A DNA stretch of 64,000 nt from Squalus acanthias (taxonomy: Eukaryota): positions 178,748,001-178,812,000 of the forward strand of contig CM059425.1 in assembly GCA_030390025.1 (NCBI GenBank), in the 5' to 3' direction. The notes beneath the pieces are model-generated. The model did no database searches, was not told where the DNA came from, and saw only the letters and a program-made list of their open reading frames with translations. Made by a program: the position numbers and the translations under genes. Positions 36,684 to 49,295 of this stretch are shown one piece after another (position 1 is the first letter of the stretch; each line of letters starts with the position of its first letter).

Positions 36684-38638
36684 ATGTCCAGCACCAGACC
36701 AAAGTGTGCACCCCGATTCGATGAGAACTCCCTCCAAGCTCTGGTGGAGGGAGCAAGAGCAAATAAGGAAGTGTTGTTCCTTCTTCAGGGAGGAAAAAAC
36801 CTCCCCAACAGACCAAAGCTGTGTGGCTGCAAGTGGCACAGGAGGTGAATGCCATTTCAATGTGCAGCAGAATCTGGTTGCAGTGCAGAAAGAGGTTTCA
36901 TGACCTTCTCCGCACAGGAAAAGTGAGTACTCCATCCCCATGACCCTCAATCTGATCCCCATCGCCTCTCATCACCAGCACTCTGCTTTGTCAACCTTTT
37001 CTTCCACATCCCACTTGACCCTTACGTCCCTGTACCCTTAACCATTCCCTCTCTCTGTATGTTCACATTCACTTAACTATTCGACTATGCAGCCCTCACA
37101 CTCCCTATCACTGTGATGCAATGACAACAACTTACAACACACAGGGAGGGCCCTTGGTCTTGGGACCTCACTCCATCTTTGTGTCCTTCTAAGCATCAAT
37201 GCTATGGATTCTCTACACTCACTCCTTCATTCTCACTCAAACTCCACTTGTGTCCTTCATTGCAGGAAAAGAGAGCCCACAATAAGAGGGAGAGGGCGAG
37301 GACAGGAGGAGGACCACCCTCAATAGCCCAGCTCACCACTGCAGAGGAGGCGGCCCTGGAGATCGTGGGAGTCGAGGAGGATGCGCAAGTGGGGGACGGA
37401 CAGATGGGCGCATCAGAGCAAGCTGGTGACAGAATAGTTTTTCATCTCTCTCATTGACATTGCATGAGTGACTGATATTGATTCTGATGCTCTAACAGAT
37501 TGACTTATGATCATCTGCACAATTCAATGTGCATGCAACATTTATCTCACATGTCTAACTCTTTCCTTTACTCCCCCACAGGACCATCGACAGCCCCCCT
37601 CCCCACTGTCCAGGAGGAACAGCCTGAGCCCCCAGACACCTCAGAGGAAGCTGCAACCTCGGAGGGCGCAGCGTCAGCGGAATTAAGTGCACCCAGCACC
37701 AGCGCAGACACTCACACCTCGGTGGGACCTTCGGGAGATAGAGTAGAGTTGTCACCTGGTGTATCACAGCTCACAAGTGAGCATCAGCGACAGGGACAAC
37801 AGTGGAGAGTCCTCGTCAGAGGGCGCAGGACTCTCCCAGCTTAGCTCTGCTGCATGTTGACCCTGTGCCTCCGGGTCCATCCAGAAGGAGAGTGGTGCTG
37901 GAACTCTAGGAACAGGTACAGGAGTCTCTGGCAGGTTTTGTTTATAGGGTTGCTGCGAGTGTGGAGCAAATGGAGGAGTCCATCGCTAACATGAGCAGAG
38001 CCTTTGAGGTGGCATTGGCGCATGAACGCATCACCACGGAAAGGATGGCAACCTCCGTGGTATGGCTGGCTACCGTAGAGGAGAGGATGACCACGGCCAT
38101 GGAGGAGCTTAATCGCCAGGGTATGGAAAACATGGTCATTGTTCAGAATAGATTGACATCTCTTGAGGAGCGATGGTAAGCTATTGAGCAGAGAAACCAG
38201 ACCTTCATGGAAATCCTCTGAAGTAGGACTTCCAGTGCAGAAACGGGTCCACATGGCCCCCCTGAAGTGCAGCAAGGTGCTGTCAAGCTACTTGCTAGCT
38301 CTGAAGTGGGGCTGACCCATGAGAGGGATGTTGGTGGCAGAGAACAAGGAAGTGAGGGCTCCTCTCCAAGCGCTCACATGACCATGCCACTGCAGAGCCC
38401 TTGGTCAGAGCCCCACCAGAGTCCTCACCCAACTGAGATCGGCGTCTCAGCCCCTACACAGCCGCAGGAGCAGCAGACTGTTGCTGAGCCCTCACAGGCT
38501 CGCAACCCTAGAGGACGCCTGCCAAAGGTGTCGAGGCAGGAGCAGCAAGAAAGTGAGCAAGGAGCCTCCACATCTGCTGAAGCCACAGGGGAAGCACCAC
38601 GTAGGAGCACGCGTAAGAGGAAGATAAAGCACAAGTAG
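36684..38638 (+). pseudogene. Harbinger Myb/SANT gene, 3 exons (about 36684-36922, 37266-37424, 37582-38638)
   Basis: AVWLQVAQEV...WLQCRKRFHDLLRTGK with GTGAGT donor; TTGCAG acceptor, EKRAHNKRERARTGGGPP; CCACAG acceptor; basic C-terminus RRSTRKRK. Confidence 0.82.
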
Positions 38639-38895
38639 TCACAAGGGTAGTCACTTGGGTGTTCTGTTGTGTTTATTTTTGAAAAGCCATCCGTGACTTT
38701 GTGATAAAAAAAACTTGATGGCAAACTGTTGAAGTTGTGGCCTGTGTCATTTCGCAAATGGGACTTCCACATCGAGGGCTTAGGGCGACTTGCAATTGTC
38801 AGAATGGTGGTCAGAGTGATAGGAATTCATAGGTTCTTGGCCATTGTCGATGCTCTGGATAGAAGGTGCGGGGCAAAAGTGTTTGATTGGGCAGG

Positions 38896-39627
38896 CTAAG
38901 CAAATCTGGCCAAGATGAGTGCGTCCCTTGCATCACGGGCAGCAATGTGCTCGCGTGCTGCTGCCGCTGGTTGATGCGCCTCCGCAAGCTGTTCGTTGTT
39001 GCTCTCCTCCTCCTCCTCCTCCTCTTCCTCCTCCTCCTCCTCCTCATCCTCATCTGAGGAGGTTATGCGATGAGCCACTTGTACCTCAGGCATCTGCAAG
39101 CCACGATGCTGTGCCATGTTGTGAAGTGCACAGCAGACCATGACAATTCTGGAGACCTTGGCTGCTGAGTACTTCAGGGCTCCACCTGATATATCAAGGC
39201 ATCTGAATTGCATCTTCAGCAAGCTGATGGTTTGCTCAATTATGGATCTGGTGGAAATGTGGCTGGAGTTGTAGCGCTCCTCAGCTTCGTTGGATGGGCT
39301 CCTCAACGACGTCATTAGTCACATCTTCAGGGGATAGCCCTTGTCTCCAAGTAACCAACCGAAAAGTTGGTCTGGCGGACTAAAGAGCAGAGGCACACTA
39401 GACTGGCGCATGATGAAGGAGTCTTGGCAAATGCCAGGGTACTTGGCGCAAACATGCAAAATTTCCTTCTTGTAGTCACACACCAGCTGCACGTTGAGGG
39501 AGTGGAAGCCCTTGCGGTTTACAAAAATACCTGGATTGTGAAAGGGTGCCTTAAGGGCCACATGTGTGCAGTCAACGACGCCCTCCACCCTCCACCCTTG
39601 GAAAGCCTGCCAGATTAGCAATTCCAA
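38896..39627 (-). pseudogene. Harbinger DDE transposase, catalytic core and acidic tail; N-terminus lost, one stop at 39319
   Basis: [57 protein letters not shown], poly-E. Confidence 0.92.
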
Positions 39628-40742
39628 TTATGATTTTATAAATGGCCTGCTATTACCTCCTTAATAATGGATTCCAGCATTTTCCCAATGACAGATGTTA
39701 GGCTAACTGGCCTATAGTCTTCTGCTTTCTGTCTCCCTCCTTTCTTGAATAGTGGCGTTACATTTGCGGTTTTCCAATCCGCTGGGACCTCTCCAGAATC
39801 CAGGAAATTTTGGTAGATTATAACCAACGCATCCACTATCTCTGCAGCCACTTCTTTTAAGACCCTAGGATGCAGGCCATCAGGTCCAGGGGACTTGTCG
39901 GCCTTTAGCCCCATTAGTTTGCCTCGTACTTTTTCTCTAGTGATAGAGGAAGTTCCTCCCTCCCTATAGCCCCTTGATTATCTATTATTATTGGGATGTT
40001 TTTAGTGTCTTCTACCGTGAAGACCAATCCAAAATAATTGTTTAGAGTCTCTGCCATTTATCTATTTCCCATGATTAATTCCACAGTCTCATCCTCTAAG
40101 GGACCAATGTTTACTTTTATATACCTGTAGAAGCTCTTACTGTCTGTTTTTATATTATTTGCTAGTTTACTCTCATACTCTATCTTCTCCCTCTTTATAA
40201 TATTTTTGGTCATCCTTTGCTGATTTCTAAAAATTTCCCAATCCTCTGGCCTACCACTAATTTTCGCAACATTATACACCTTTTCTTTCAATTTGATACC
40301 ATCCTTAACTTCCTTAGTTAGCCATGGATGGTGCATCCTTCTCGTAGGGCCTTTCTTTCTCTCTGGAATATACCTTTGCTGAGATTTATGAAATATCTCC
40401 TTAAATGTCTGCCACTGCTGATCTACCGTCTTACCCTTTAATCTATTTTCCCAGTCCACTTTAGCCAAGTCTGTCCTCATACCCTTGTAATTGCCTTTAT
40501 TTAAGTTTAGGACACTAGTTTCAGACCCAAGTTTCTCACCCTCAAGCTGAATTTGAAATTCTACCATGCTATGATCACTCTTTCCTGCTTCCTGGCTGGT
40601 TCCTCAACGTATTGCTCCAAGAAACCATCCCGAATATACTTTATGAACTCGTCCTCAAGGCTATCCTTGCCAATTTGATTTGTCCAATCTATATGATGAT
40701 TAAAATCACCCATGATTATTGCAGTACCTTTCTTACATTCTA

Positions 40743-41207
40743 GTGTCAGCTGTGGCTCAGTGGGTGGCACTCTCACCGCTGAGTCAGAACGTTGTGGGTT
40801 CAAGTCCTACTCCAGAGACTTGAGCACAAAAGGCTGACACTCCAGTGCAGTGCTGAGTGAGTGCTGCACTGTCAGAGGTGCCCTCTTTCAGATGCGATGT
40901 TAAACCGAGGCCCCGCCTGCCCTCTCAGGTGGACGTAAAAGATTCCATGGCACTATTTTGAAGAAGAGCAGGGGAGTTATCCCCGGTGTCTTGGCCAATA
41001 TTTATCCCTCAATCAACATCATAAAAACAGATTATCTGGTCATTATCACATTGCTGTTTGTGGGATCTTGCTGTGCGCACATTGGCTGCTGCGTTTCCTA
41101 CATTAACAACGGTGACTACATTTCAAAAGTACTTCATTGGCTGTAAAGTGCTTTGGGACAGCTGGTGGTCGTGAAAGGCGCTATATAAATGCAAGTCTTT
41201 CTTTCTC
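40743..41207 (+). mobile_element. Deu-domain SINE (SacSINE1-like), full length
   Basis: tRNA head with A box TGGCTCAGTGGG and B box GGTTCAAGTCC; Deu core AAAGATTCCATGGCACTATTTTGAAGAAGAGCAGGGGAG; (TCTT)n tail. Confidence 0.88.
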
Positions 41208-43190
41208 TTCTCCAGAGGATCCTTTACTATAAGATTACTAATTAACCCTATCTCATTACACAATACTAGATCTAAAATAGCTTGTTCCCTCGTTGGTTCC
41301 TCAACATATTGTTCTAGAAAACTGTTTCAAATGCATTCCATGAACTCATCCTCCAAGCTACTTTTGCCAATGTGGTTTGTCCAGTCTATATGAAGATTAA
41401 AGTCTACACAAATATTGCATTACCGTTGTTACATGCTCCTCTAATTTCCTGATTTATACTCTATCCAACACTATAGCTATTATTAGGAGGCCTATAAACT
41501 ATTCCCATCCATGTATTCTGCCCTTTGTTATTTCTTAGCTCCACCCATACTGATTCTACATCTTGATTTTCTGGGCTAAGATCCTTTCTCACTACTGCCT
41601 TTATCTCATTCTTTATTATCAGGGCTACTCCACCTCCCTTTCCATTTGCCTATCTTCTCTAAAAGTCAAGTTCCCTGGAATATTTAGTTCCCAACTTTTG
41701 TCACCTTACAACCACGTCGCAGTAATGGCTACTAGATCAAACCCATTTATCTCTTTTGTGTCATTAATTCATCTATCTTGTTACGAATGCTTCGTGCATT
41801 CAGATATAGCGCCTTTAATTTTAACATTTTACTATTTTTCCCTGATGTGGCCTTAGTCGCTAATGTCCTATTACTGTTGTTAAACTCTCTGTCCCCTCCT
41901 GACACAATCTGCTTGAGTTTACCCAAATCACTACTCTGCTCTACAGCTTTGACTTTTATCTTTAGACTTATAAATTTACCCTTACCTGAACCTTCCCTCC
42001 CCCTTGTTAGTTTAAAGCCCTATGTACCAGTCTACACAATATTTTTTGAATGTGAAGCAACAATTTGTTTGAATTCCCTTAGCTATAATATCTTAAGAAC
42101 CTCCAGAGAAGAAAGCTTTCAGTGTAATTCTTGCTCTGTACTGAGTATTGGTCTTGACACCACTGGTCTAGAAAGCGAAAAAAAATCAGTTACGATTCCA
42201 AATACTGGTTGCTATCCAATAACTGCTGGAAGGTGCCTATATGTGTATATCATTTGAAGGTAGGGTCAGCTTTGGATAGGATGGTCAAACAGCTTGCAGA
42301 CTCTCACTGTCTAGATTACCATATGAAGAATAGTCACTTAGGCGATGCACCAGAGGTGAGCCAGTGGTTGTGCAACCATACCTTAGCAAAGAGTAAGCAT
42401 CTTGAGGGGATGTAACAATGGAACAAAATTCTTCCAACAAGGTCGATTGGAGTGAGTAGCTTTTTACTTCTAGCAGAGCTCAATGATATGACCAACCAGC
42501 ATTCCATGGCTGAGGTGGCCGAGCCAATTACACCATCCGCAGAGGAACTTCTTATTGACAGTGACAAATTCACCAAAACATAAACACTGCCAAAATGATT
42601 TGAGATTAAAGATAAATATTATCCACCGGTATATCTGCACATTACCACAAAAGACCAAATTATTGAGTCTAGTGCGAGGGAAAATCTTGTGTGAAGGACA
42701 AAAGCACTATTTGTTGAGCCTGTGGATAAAACAAACTACAGGGTACATGGCCACCAAGGAACATAAATAAAGCTATGAGAGAAAACCTTTGAATATGTAC
42801 AGAGGGCTGATGTATGATTTTATTACATAATTCACAGAGCATGGTTCATTTAAACAGCCCTTGTGTAAAAGCTGAATATAATTTTTGCCTTCAATACATT
42901 GATTCTATATTTAACATGCACTGAAGTCTGTGATGGTCAGTAAAGTATACTGCATATCATATTGCCTTGAGTCATTTATTCAGTATCAAAGAGAAATCAC
43001 TTTGCCGCTGTCTGCTGAAATGCAATACCTTCATCTGTCAGCGATTGGGAGCATAATTTACATTTCAACTGTCACAGTGTGTCAGCTTGGCTCAATTGGT
43101 GGCACTCTTGCCTCTGAGTCAGAAGGTTGTGAATTTGTGCCCTTTACTAAGAGTTTGAGCTCATAACCGAAGATGAACCTTGAGTGTAGT

Positions 43191-43480
43191 CAGGGGCAGA
43201 TTAACACATGGGCCTGCGGGGCCTGTGCTCAGACCAAATACAGGGCCCCTGTCAGGGGACAGTTTCATTTAAGCGTAATATATTGTGATATGATTTGCTT
43301 TGTTATTAATGAAGTGTGTAAACATTCTATGGGCGCATCTTTTCATGCATATTACTACATTTTGTTGTTTTAATGGGATGTGGGTGAATTGTGTGTGTGT
43401 GGTGGGGTGGAGTGGGGGCTGGGGGTGGTAGGGGGTACAGATGGACCCCGAGTGCCCCAAGAATTCTGAATTCAGCTCTG
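43191..43480. mobile_element. hAT-type MITE
   Basis: Degenerate TIR CAGGGGCAGATT ... AATTCAGCTCTG; 8-bp TSD AGTGTAGT/AGTGCAGT. Confidence 0.7.
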
Positions 43481-43694
43481 AGTGCAGTACTGAGGGAGTG
43501 CTGCATTGATAGACATGCTGTCATTTGGATGAGATGTTAGGCCAGGGTCCAGTTTGTCTGATTGATGTTAAAGATCCCATGGCACTAATTGGAGAAAAGC
43601 AAACAAGTCCTGGCCAACATTCCACTCTCAACCAATATCATCAACAAAGCAGATTAACTGGTTATTCATCTCATTGCTGTTTATAAGGCTTGCT

Positions 43695-43870
43695 GGGGGT
43701 GAAACTGGCCTTGGGCTGTAGTGCAAAACAGGCGATAGTCACTCAGCAGCTTGTTTTACACCCCGCCCGATCTTCTTTTCCATTGACTTCAGTGTTGCAG
43801 GGGGTGTAAAACAGGCGGCTGGCTCGTTATTGCCCACCTTATGCTACTGCCAAAGAGCAATTTCACCCTT
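43695..43870. mobile_element. Short palindromic MITE (Harbinger-like ends)
   Basis: GGGGGTGAAAC ... AATTTCACCC; internal inverted arms TGTTTTACACCCC / GGGGTGTAAAACA. Confidence 0.65.
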
Positions 43871-44194
43871 GCTAGACATGAAATAGCTGCTACATTTATC
43901 CACATAACAACATTGCCTACATAACAGCAACCTTGGCACCTCAACATAATACATTGAATGTGAACTGCTGAGATATTTCTGAAAAATGTGATTAGGCTCT
44001 ATATAAATGCAGGTTTTTTTCTTTTATACAGGGAAATTTACCAGCAGGTGTGCCTTTTACTTAGTCAAACATGACAAAATAAAATCGCCCCAAATTTACT
44101 TTTATTTTTGGTGAACATCTTTCCCTGGAAATACATACAAATGACAGCACTAGTCCTGTCAGAAGTCTATCATCATTCACACTTGAGGCCTCAC

Positions 44195-44380
44195 TATGGC
44201 TCAGTTGAACTGAGCTATAAAGATCAGGACGGTATCAGGTTTGATTCCTGGTCTATCCTGAGTAAGCTGATCTCAGCCTGGATGCCAGTAGGGTTACTAC
44301 AATTGGCCTCAGTGTTGCTGGATCAAGGAGGAAAAAAATCAGCCAAGCTTCCTCCTCTTGATTATTATCCAGTGATGTGT
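44195..44380 (+). mobile_element. Old tRNA-derived SINE
   Basis: TGGCTCAGTTG, GGTTTGATTCC, GCTGATCTCAGCC, CTACAATTGGCCTCAG. Confidence 0.55.
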
Positions 44381-44707
44381 GGTGTAAAGTTTAGAGATCC
44401 ATGGCACATAGCCACTAGCCATCAGACACAGTCCCTGGCTTTATTACAAGCAAAACTAATGGATCACAGAAATAGGGAAAACAGATTCATAGAAAGCATT
44501 CATACAAACCTAGAAAATGAGTAAAAGCTGACTGACAACGTCAAAAAAGTTGACGCAGCCCTCAAAAAGCCTAGAACTCAGGAACAGCCCTGACATGTGA
44601 AAACAAATAGTTACACAGGCTTTGTACCTTTGGATTTTCAGCCATAAAAATGAGGAAGGGAAAGGTACGATTTCTGATCTGTGTTGAGCAACCTAATCTC
44701 AGTCAGA

Positions 44708-44863
44708 GGCCTAGAAATCCGATTGTGCACAGAATCGGTCGCACAGGGGCCGAGGCGCGCACTGCACACGCCAGTTAACGTGTATACAGGCAGCATGTAG
44801 TATTCGTATACCACCTGGTATACTTTCCAGTACCGACCTCCCAGTCTCAGGAATTTCAGCACC
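44708..44863. mobile_element. Possible small MITE
   Basis: GGCCTAGAAATCC ... GGAATTTCAGCACC degenerate TIR; local CpG enrichment. Confidence 0.35.
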
Positions 44864-45181
44864 TCCATCTCTTTGTGAGCATCTCTCTAACCTAAAGTGA
44901 TAGTCCAAGCCATCCAGAACCAAATGGCCAAAGAGATGTCCTAGTCTAAGGATACGATACATATTTTGGACATGGGACAAAGTTCACCATTAAAAACATT
45001 TACTAATGCGCTTCATTTAGTCAATTTAAGTTGTTTCACATTCCATACTTGACTTTGTCATTTGTCAGTTAAAAGGTCTGGTCATTCAATTAATATTTTT
45101 CACATTCAATATGTCATTGTTGAATTCCCTCTAGCTATTGTAGAACTAGCATTACATAATAACGCAATGTACAAAGAATTA

Positions 45182-46966
45182 GGGCTAAATTTTGCCACCG
45201 CTCAGAGTGTGGGTTTGGAGGCGGGTCTGTTGTCAAAATTGAATTGATTGACAGTGGGTTGGGAACCCGCTCCAAACCCGCCTCCATGTAAGTTTCCAAA
45301 GTGTCGGGTCTGCGAATTCAGAACAGACCTGACACCAAGCGGCAGGAGAGGCATTAAGATATTTAAATGCTTGTTAACTACAATTTTGCCAGGCTATTTC
45401 TATTTTACCACTTTTTTTAAGAGGTTCCCATCACTCGGGAATCCCGTCAATTAAGTAGGTCGGGCTCTCTATGTCTCCCCATTGCTGTGAATAGGTGACA
45501 GCTGCAAATGTGGTATGAAAGCTACCATTTCACAGCTGGTCACTTTCCAATGTCAGAAGCTTGAGCCTTCAGGACTTGGAAGACACTTTTGAGCTGTATG
45601 CAGTCTGGAAGTGTTTGGAGTAAACTTTATATCCACTGTCACCTCCTTGGAGCAAGCTCTCTCACCATTGACAGATCGCTTCTGTCATCTCAACTTCAGC
45701 TGCCATCTAGTCCAGCAACATCGGTGCCCTTGAAAAAATCTCATCTTGGTCCTCTGAATCCCTCCACAATCAGCCCCAACACCAACATCACCAGGCACAC
45801 CAACATCACCAACAACATCACCAACAACAACATCAACCTTCTCCGCAATCACCTGATGCTGCACAGGACACAGGGCATCAGCACCCGACAACATTGTTGC
45901 CCGGGAGGCCAGCGATGGATCACCATGGCCAGATTTACTTCACTTGACACTGTACACCCTGGCTGCCACACGATGCGCCAGGTTGACACCACCCCACACC
46001 AGCACCATAAAGCATCCTTATTATGTCCAAGCCATTCCTTTCACACTCATCACAATTATTGGGGGGGGGGGCGGGGGGGAGAGAGTTATGTCGCAACATT
46101 CACTGGAACTCACTAAGACACTTCTAAAGGTGAGCACAGATCTGTCCAATAAGGTAAAGTGTTGAAAATATAGATTTCAATGTTTGACAACACATTAACA
46201 GAAACTTCACATGAACATTGGCTAAATTACTCAAGTGCCTACCCTTGTGTGTTGTTAGTTGGTATGCTTGCAGTAGGATGAGGGTGAATGTGAGGGATAG
46301 CTAGTGAGATGGGGAAGTGATAATGTAGAGAGAGAGGGATGGGTAGAAGTGCAAGGTAAGTTGATGTGAGTAAAGATGTGCAGGAGTAGGGTAGGGAAGG
46401 CAGTGTGATGGGGATGTGATGAGTGGCACAGCAGGATGAGGTTGAGTGTGGCTTTGCAGTAACGTTTCCTGATCTGCTCAGATCATTGAAAGGTTTGCGC
46501 TACTGCAGCCAGGTCCTCCTAACGACATCCCTGCTTGTGCCCTCCTATGCAATGTGCAACCAGGCTGTGTTGGTCTCCTGGGGAGGTCTCTTCCACCCAT
46601 TGGAAGGGAAGAGAACTTCCCTGTGCGCTGTGACTCCCTCCATAAGCATATGGAGGGTGTCATGCGAGAGCCTGGGTGCAGCTGTCCACCTTTGGGCAGT
46701 GCTTGTCAGTGTTTGCAGCACCTCAATGCTGCAGAACACTGACAGAACAACTGTCAAAATGAATGTGGACATGGCCCCTTTAAGGAAACCAGCTGATGAC
46801 GCATCATCAAATGACGCCATCAGACCCGCTTCCTTTTAATTGGCCGTAAAGCACGCAGGGTGGGATTAACAAGCCCAATCTATGTAAAATCACTTGGAGA
46901 GAGCGGGCTGGATCCGGGAGCGGGACCGGGACGCGCCACCACCTCTCCGCTGGCGAAATCGCGGCC
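45182..46966. mobile_element. Harbinger deletion derivative with Myb/SANT exon 1 remnant (-, about 46480-46690)
   Basis: TIR GGGCTAAATTTTGCC ... GGCGAAATCGCGGCC; TSD TTA (45179-45181, 46967-46969); AAPRLSHDTLHMLMEGV...AWLHIA. Confidence 0.85.
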
Positions 46967-47426
46967 TTAGTCTTTCTTTCGTTTAATTTTGTGGCAATCC
47001 AATTTGCTATGGTTACATAGAAAGATTTGCCATAATTCCTTACTGATGGAGTTCTGTAGATATTATGAAATGTTTCACAAGGTAAGGACTTGCTGACACC
47101 ACAACTGACAACTTTGACTTTTAACATTCTACATATCCTGCACTTTCAAAAATTTAAATAAAAACTGATGTGTGAAGTTGCTGAGATACTAAACTGATTT
47201 AAAACAATTCTTAGTGGTTTGGCCTTTAAAAAATCACTACAGCAGATGGAAATGCTTTCACTATCTACTGTTATTATACACACAGGATATAAGCTGTCAC
47301 CAAGAATCATAGGAATAATCTGTTACTCCCCTTAGAACTGCCACATGTAACGACTAAGAATGCTTCCCAATCAAGTTAGTTGTTTGGAGAAAGATGCTCT
47401 AAATTCAATGATCTTGAAATATAGTA

Positions 47427-48700
47427 TCATACAGCACAGAAGGAGGCCATTCGTGCTTGTGCCGGCTCTTTGAAAGAGCTATCCCCCGCTCTTTCCCCAT
47501 AGCCATGCAAATATTTTGTTTTCAAGTATATATCCAATTCCCTTTTGAAGTTGCTGTCGATTCTGCTTCCACCACCCTTTCGGGCAGTGCATTCCAGGTC
47601 ATAACCACTTGCTGTGTTCAAAAAATTCTCCTCATCTCCCCTCTGGTTCTTTTGCCAATTATCTTCAATCTGTCTCCTCTGGTTACAAACCCTTCCGCCA
47701 TTGGAAACGGTTTCTCTTTATTTACTCTATCAAAACCCCCTCAAATTTTTGAACCCCTCTATTAAATCTCCTCTTAACCTTCTCTGCTCTAAGGAAAACA
47801 ATCCCAGCTTCTCTAGTCTCTCCACATAACTGAAGTCCCTCATTCCTGGTATAATTCTGGTAAATCTCCCCTGCACCCTCTCCAAGGCCTTGACATCCTT
47901 CCTAAAGTGTGGTGTCCAGAATTGGACACGATACTCTGGATGAGGCCTAATCAGTAATTTATAAAGACTTAGCATAATGTCCTTGCTTTATAAAGCCAAG
48001 GTTCCCTTATGCTTTCTTTAACAGCTTTATCAAATTGTCCTTCCACCTTCAAGGATTTGTTTATGTGAATCCCCAGTACTCTCTGTTCCTGCACCCATTT
48101 TTAAAATTGTACCATTTAATTTAAATTGCCTTTCCTCATTTTTCCTCCCAAAATGTATCACTTCATACTTCTCTGCATTAAATTTCATCTGCCATGTGTC
48201 TGCCCATTTCACCAGCCTGTCTGTGTCCTCCTGAAGTCTGTTACTATCCTTCTCACTGTTTACTACATTTCCAGGTTTTGTGCCATCTGCAAACTTTGAA
48301 ATGATGCCCTGTATACCCATGTCCAGGTCATTAATATATATCAAAAAGAGCAGTGGTCCTCATACTGACCCCTGGGGGGACTCCATCTGAAAAACAACCA
48401 TTCACTACTACTCTCTTAGCCAATTTTGTATCCACGCTGCCACTGTCCCTTTAATACTATGGTCTTCAATTTTGCTAACAAGTCTATTATGTGGCACTTC
48501 ATCAAACATTTTTTGAAAGTGCATATGCACAACATCAACCGCATTACCTTCATCAACCCTCTACGTTATTTCATCAAAGAACTCAATCAAATTTGTCAGA
48601 CATGGCTTGCCATTAACAAATCTGTGTTGACGATTACGTATTAATTAACCCATGTTTTGTCAAGTGAAAATTAATTTTGTCTCAGATTATGGTCAATAAG
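47427..48700 (-). mobile_element. CR1 LINE 3' fragment, decayed
   Basis: IYINDLD, FADG, LYKLLIRPHPEY, RRLRGDLIE. Confidence 0.9.
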
Positions 48701-49295
48701 TCTTTTTTAATGGTCGAAATGTCATTAAATATCAAGTTCATGCTTCACATCAGCTAATTGTAAGCCTAAACAGCTGTCACATCATCAGCTGCAATGTTCC
48801 TCAATTTGAGAACATACTTGCTTTACAGTAATGTTGCAATTCTGTGTTTCTATTTCACTGACTGAATAGAGAGTAGACCTGATGGGAGTAGATCAGCATG
48901 ATCACAGAATGTCTTTTGTCATGAATAATGTGTAATATAGCTTTTGATTAAATCGTAAACATTTCCAATCTGCTCCATGTAACAATCATTATTCCATGGA
49001 GAAATATTCTTAAATATAATATTGGTTATTTTGGATTATTTAGCTTTTGCTGCTTTATTCAAAATGACTTTAAAACTTCTGAATAGAGAGGTTAATTCCT
49101 AACGACCCTTTTGCACTCTCCTTTGGTGCTTGACCAAAACCTGCCTTCACAGCTTTCTGTTTCAAAACCTTTATCTTTATTTTTTTCTCCCCATTTTCAC
49201 AACCAGAAGGGAAGGTCAAATCCAGACAGCCGCTGCTGAGGACCCGGGAATTCTCAACACAGTGGGTGTGAGGTGTTTGCTGATTACAGATATAG

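Larger units (their letters stand above)
36404..39630. mobile_element. PIF/Harbinger transposon, right part deleted
   Basis: Left TIR GGGCTGGATTTTG after TTT; convergent Myb/SANT (+) and transposase (-) genes. Confidence 0.88.
35520..40740 (-). mobile_element. CR1 LINE (nested copy): pieces 35520-36403 and 39636-40740
   Basis: ORFs 35621-36034, 39636-39914 and 40058-40567; tail at about 35520-35540. Confidence 0.88.
32530..42020 (-). mobile_element. Long CR1 LINE (host copy): pieces 32530-32817, 33598-35514 and about 41205-42020
   Basis: RT and endonuclease remnants; sequence broken near 35514 resumes near 41205 around a nested block. Confidence 0.8.
43079..44025 (+). mobile_element. Deu-domain SINE, older, interrupted by two MITEs
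   Basis: Head GTGTCAGCTTGGCTCA, core AAAGATCCCATGGCACTA, tail CTATATAAATGCAGG. Confidence 0.78.

Noticed and set aside
40743..40815. tRNA-like A and B boxes
   Set aside because: These are the SINE head, continuous with the Deu domain, not a tRNA gene
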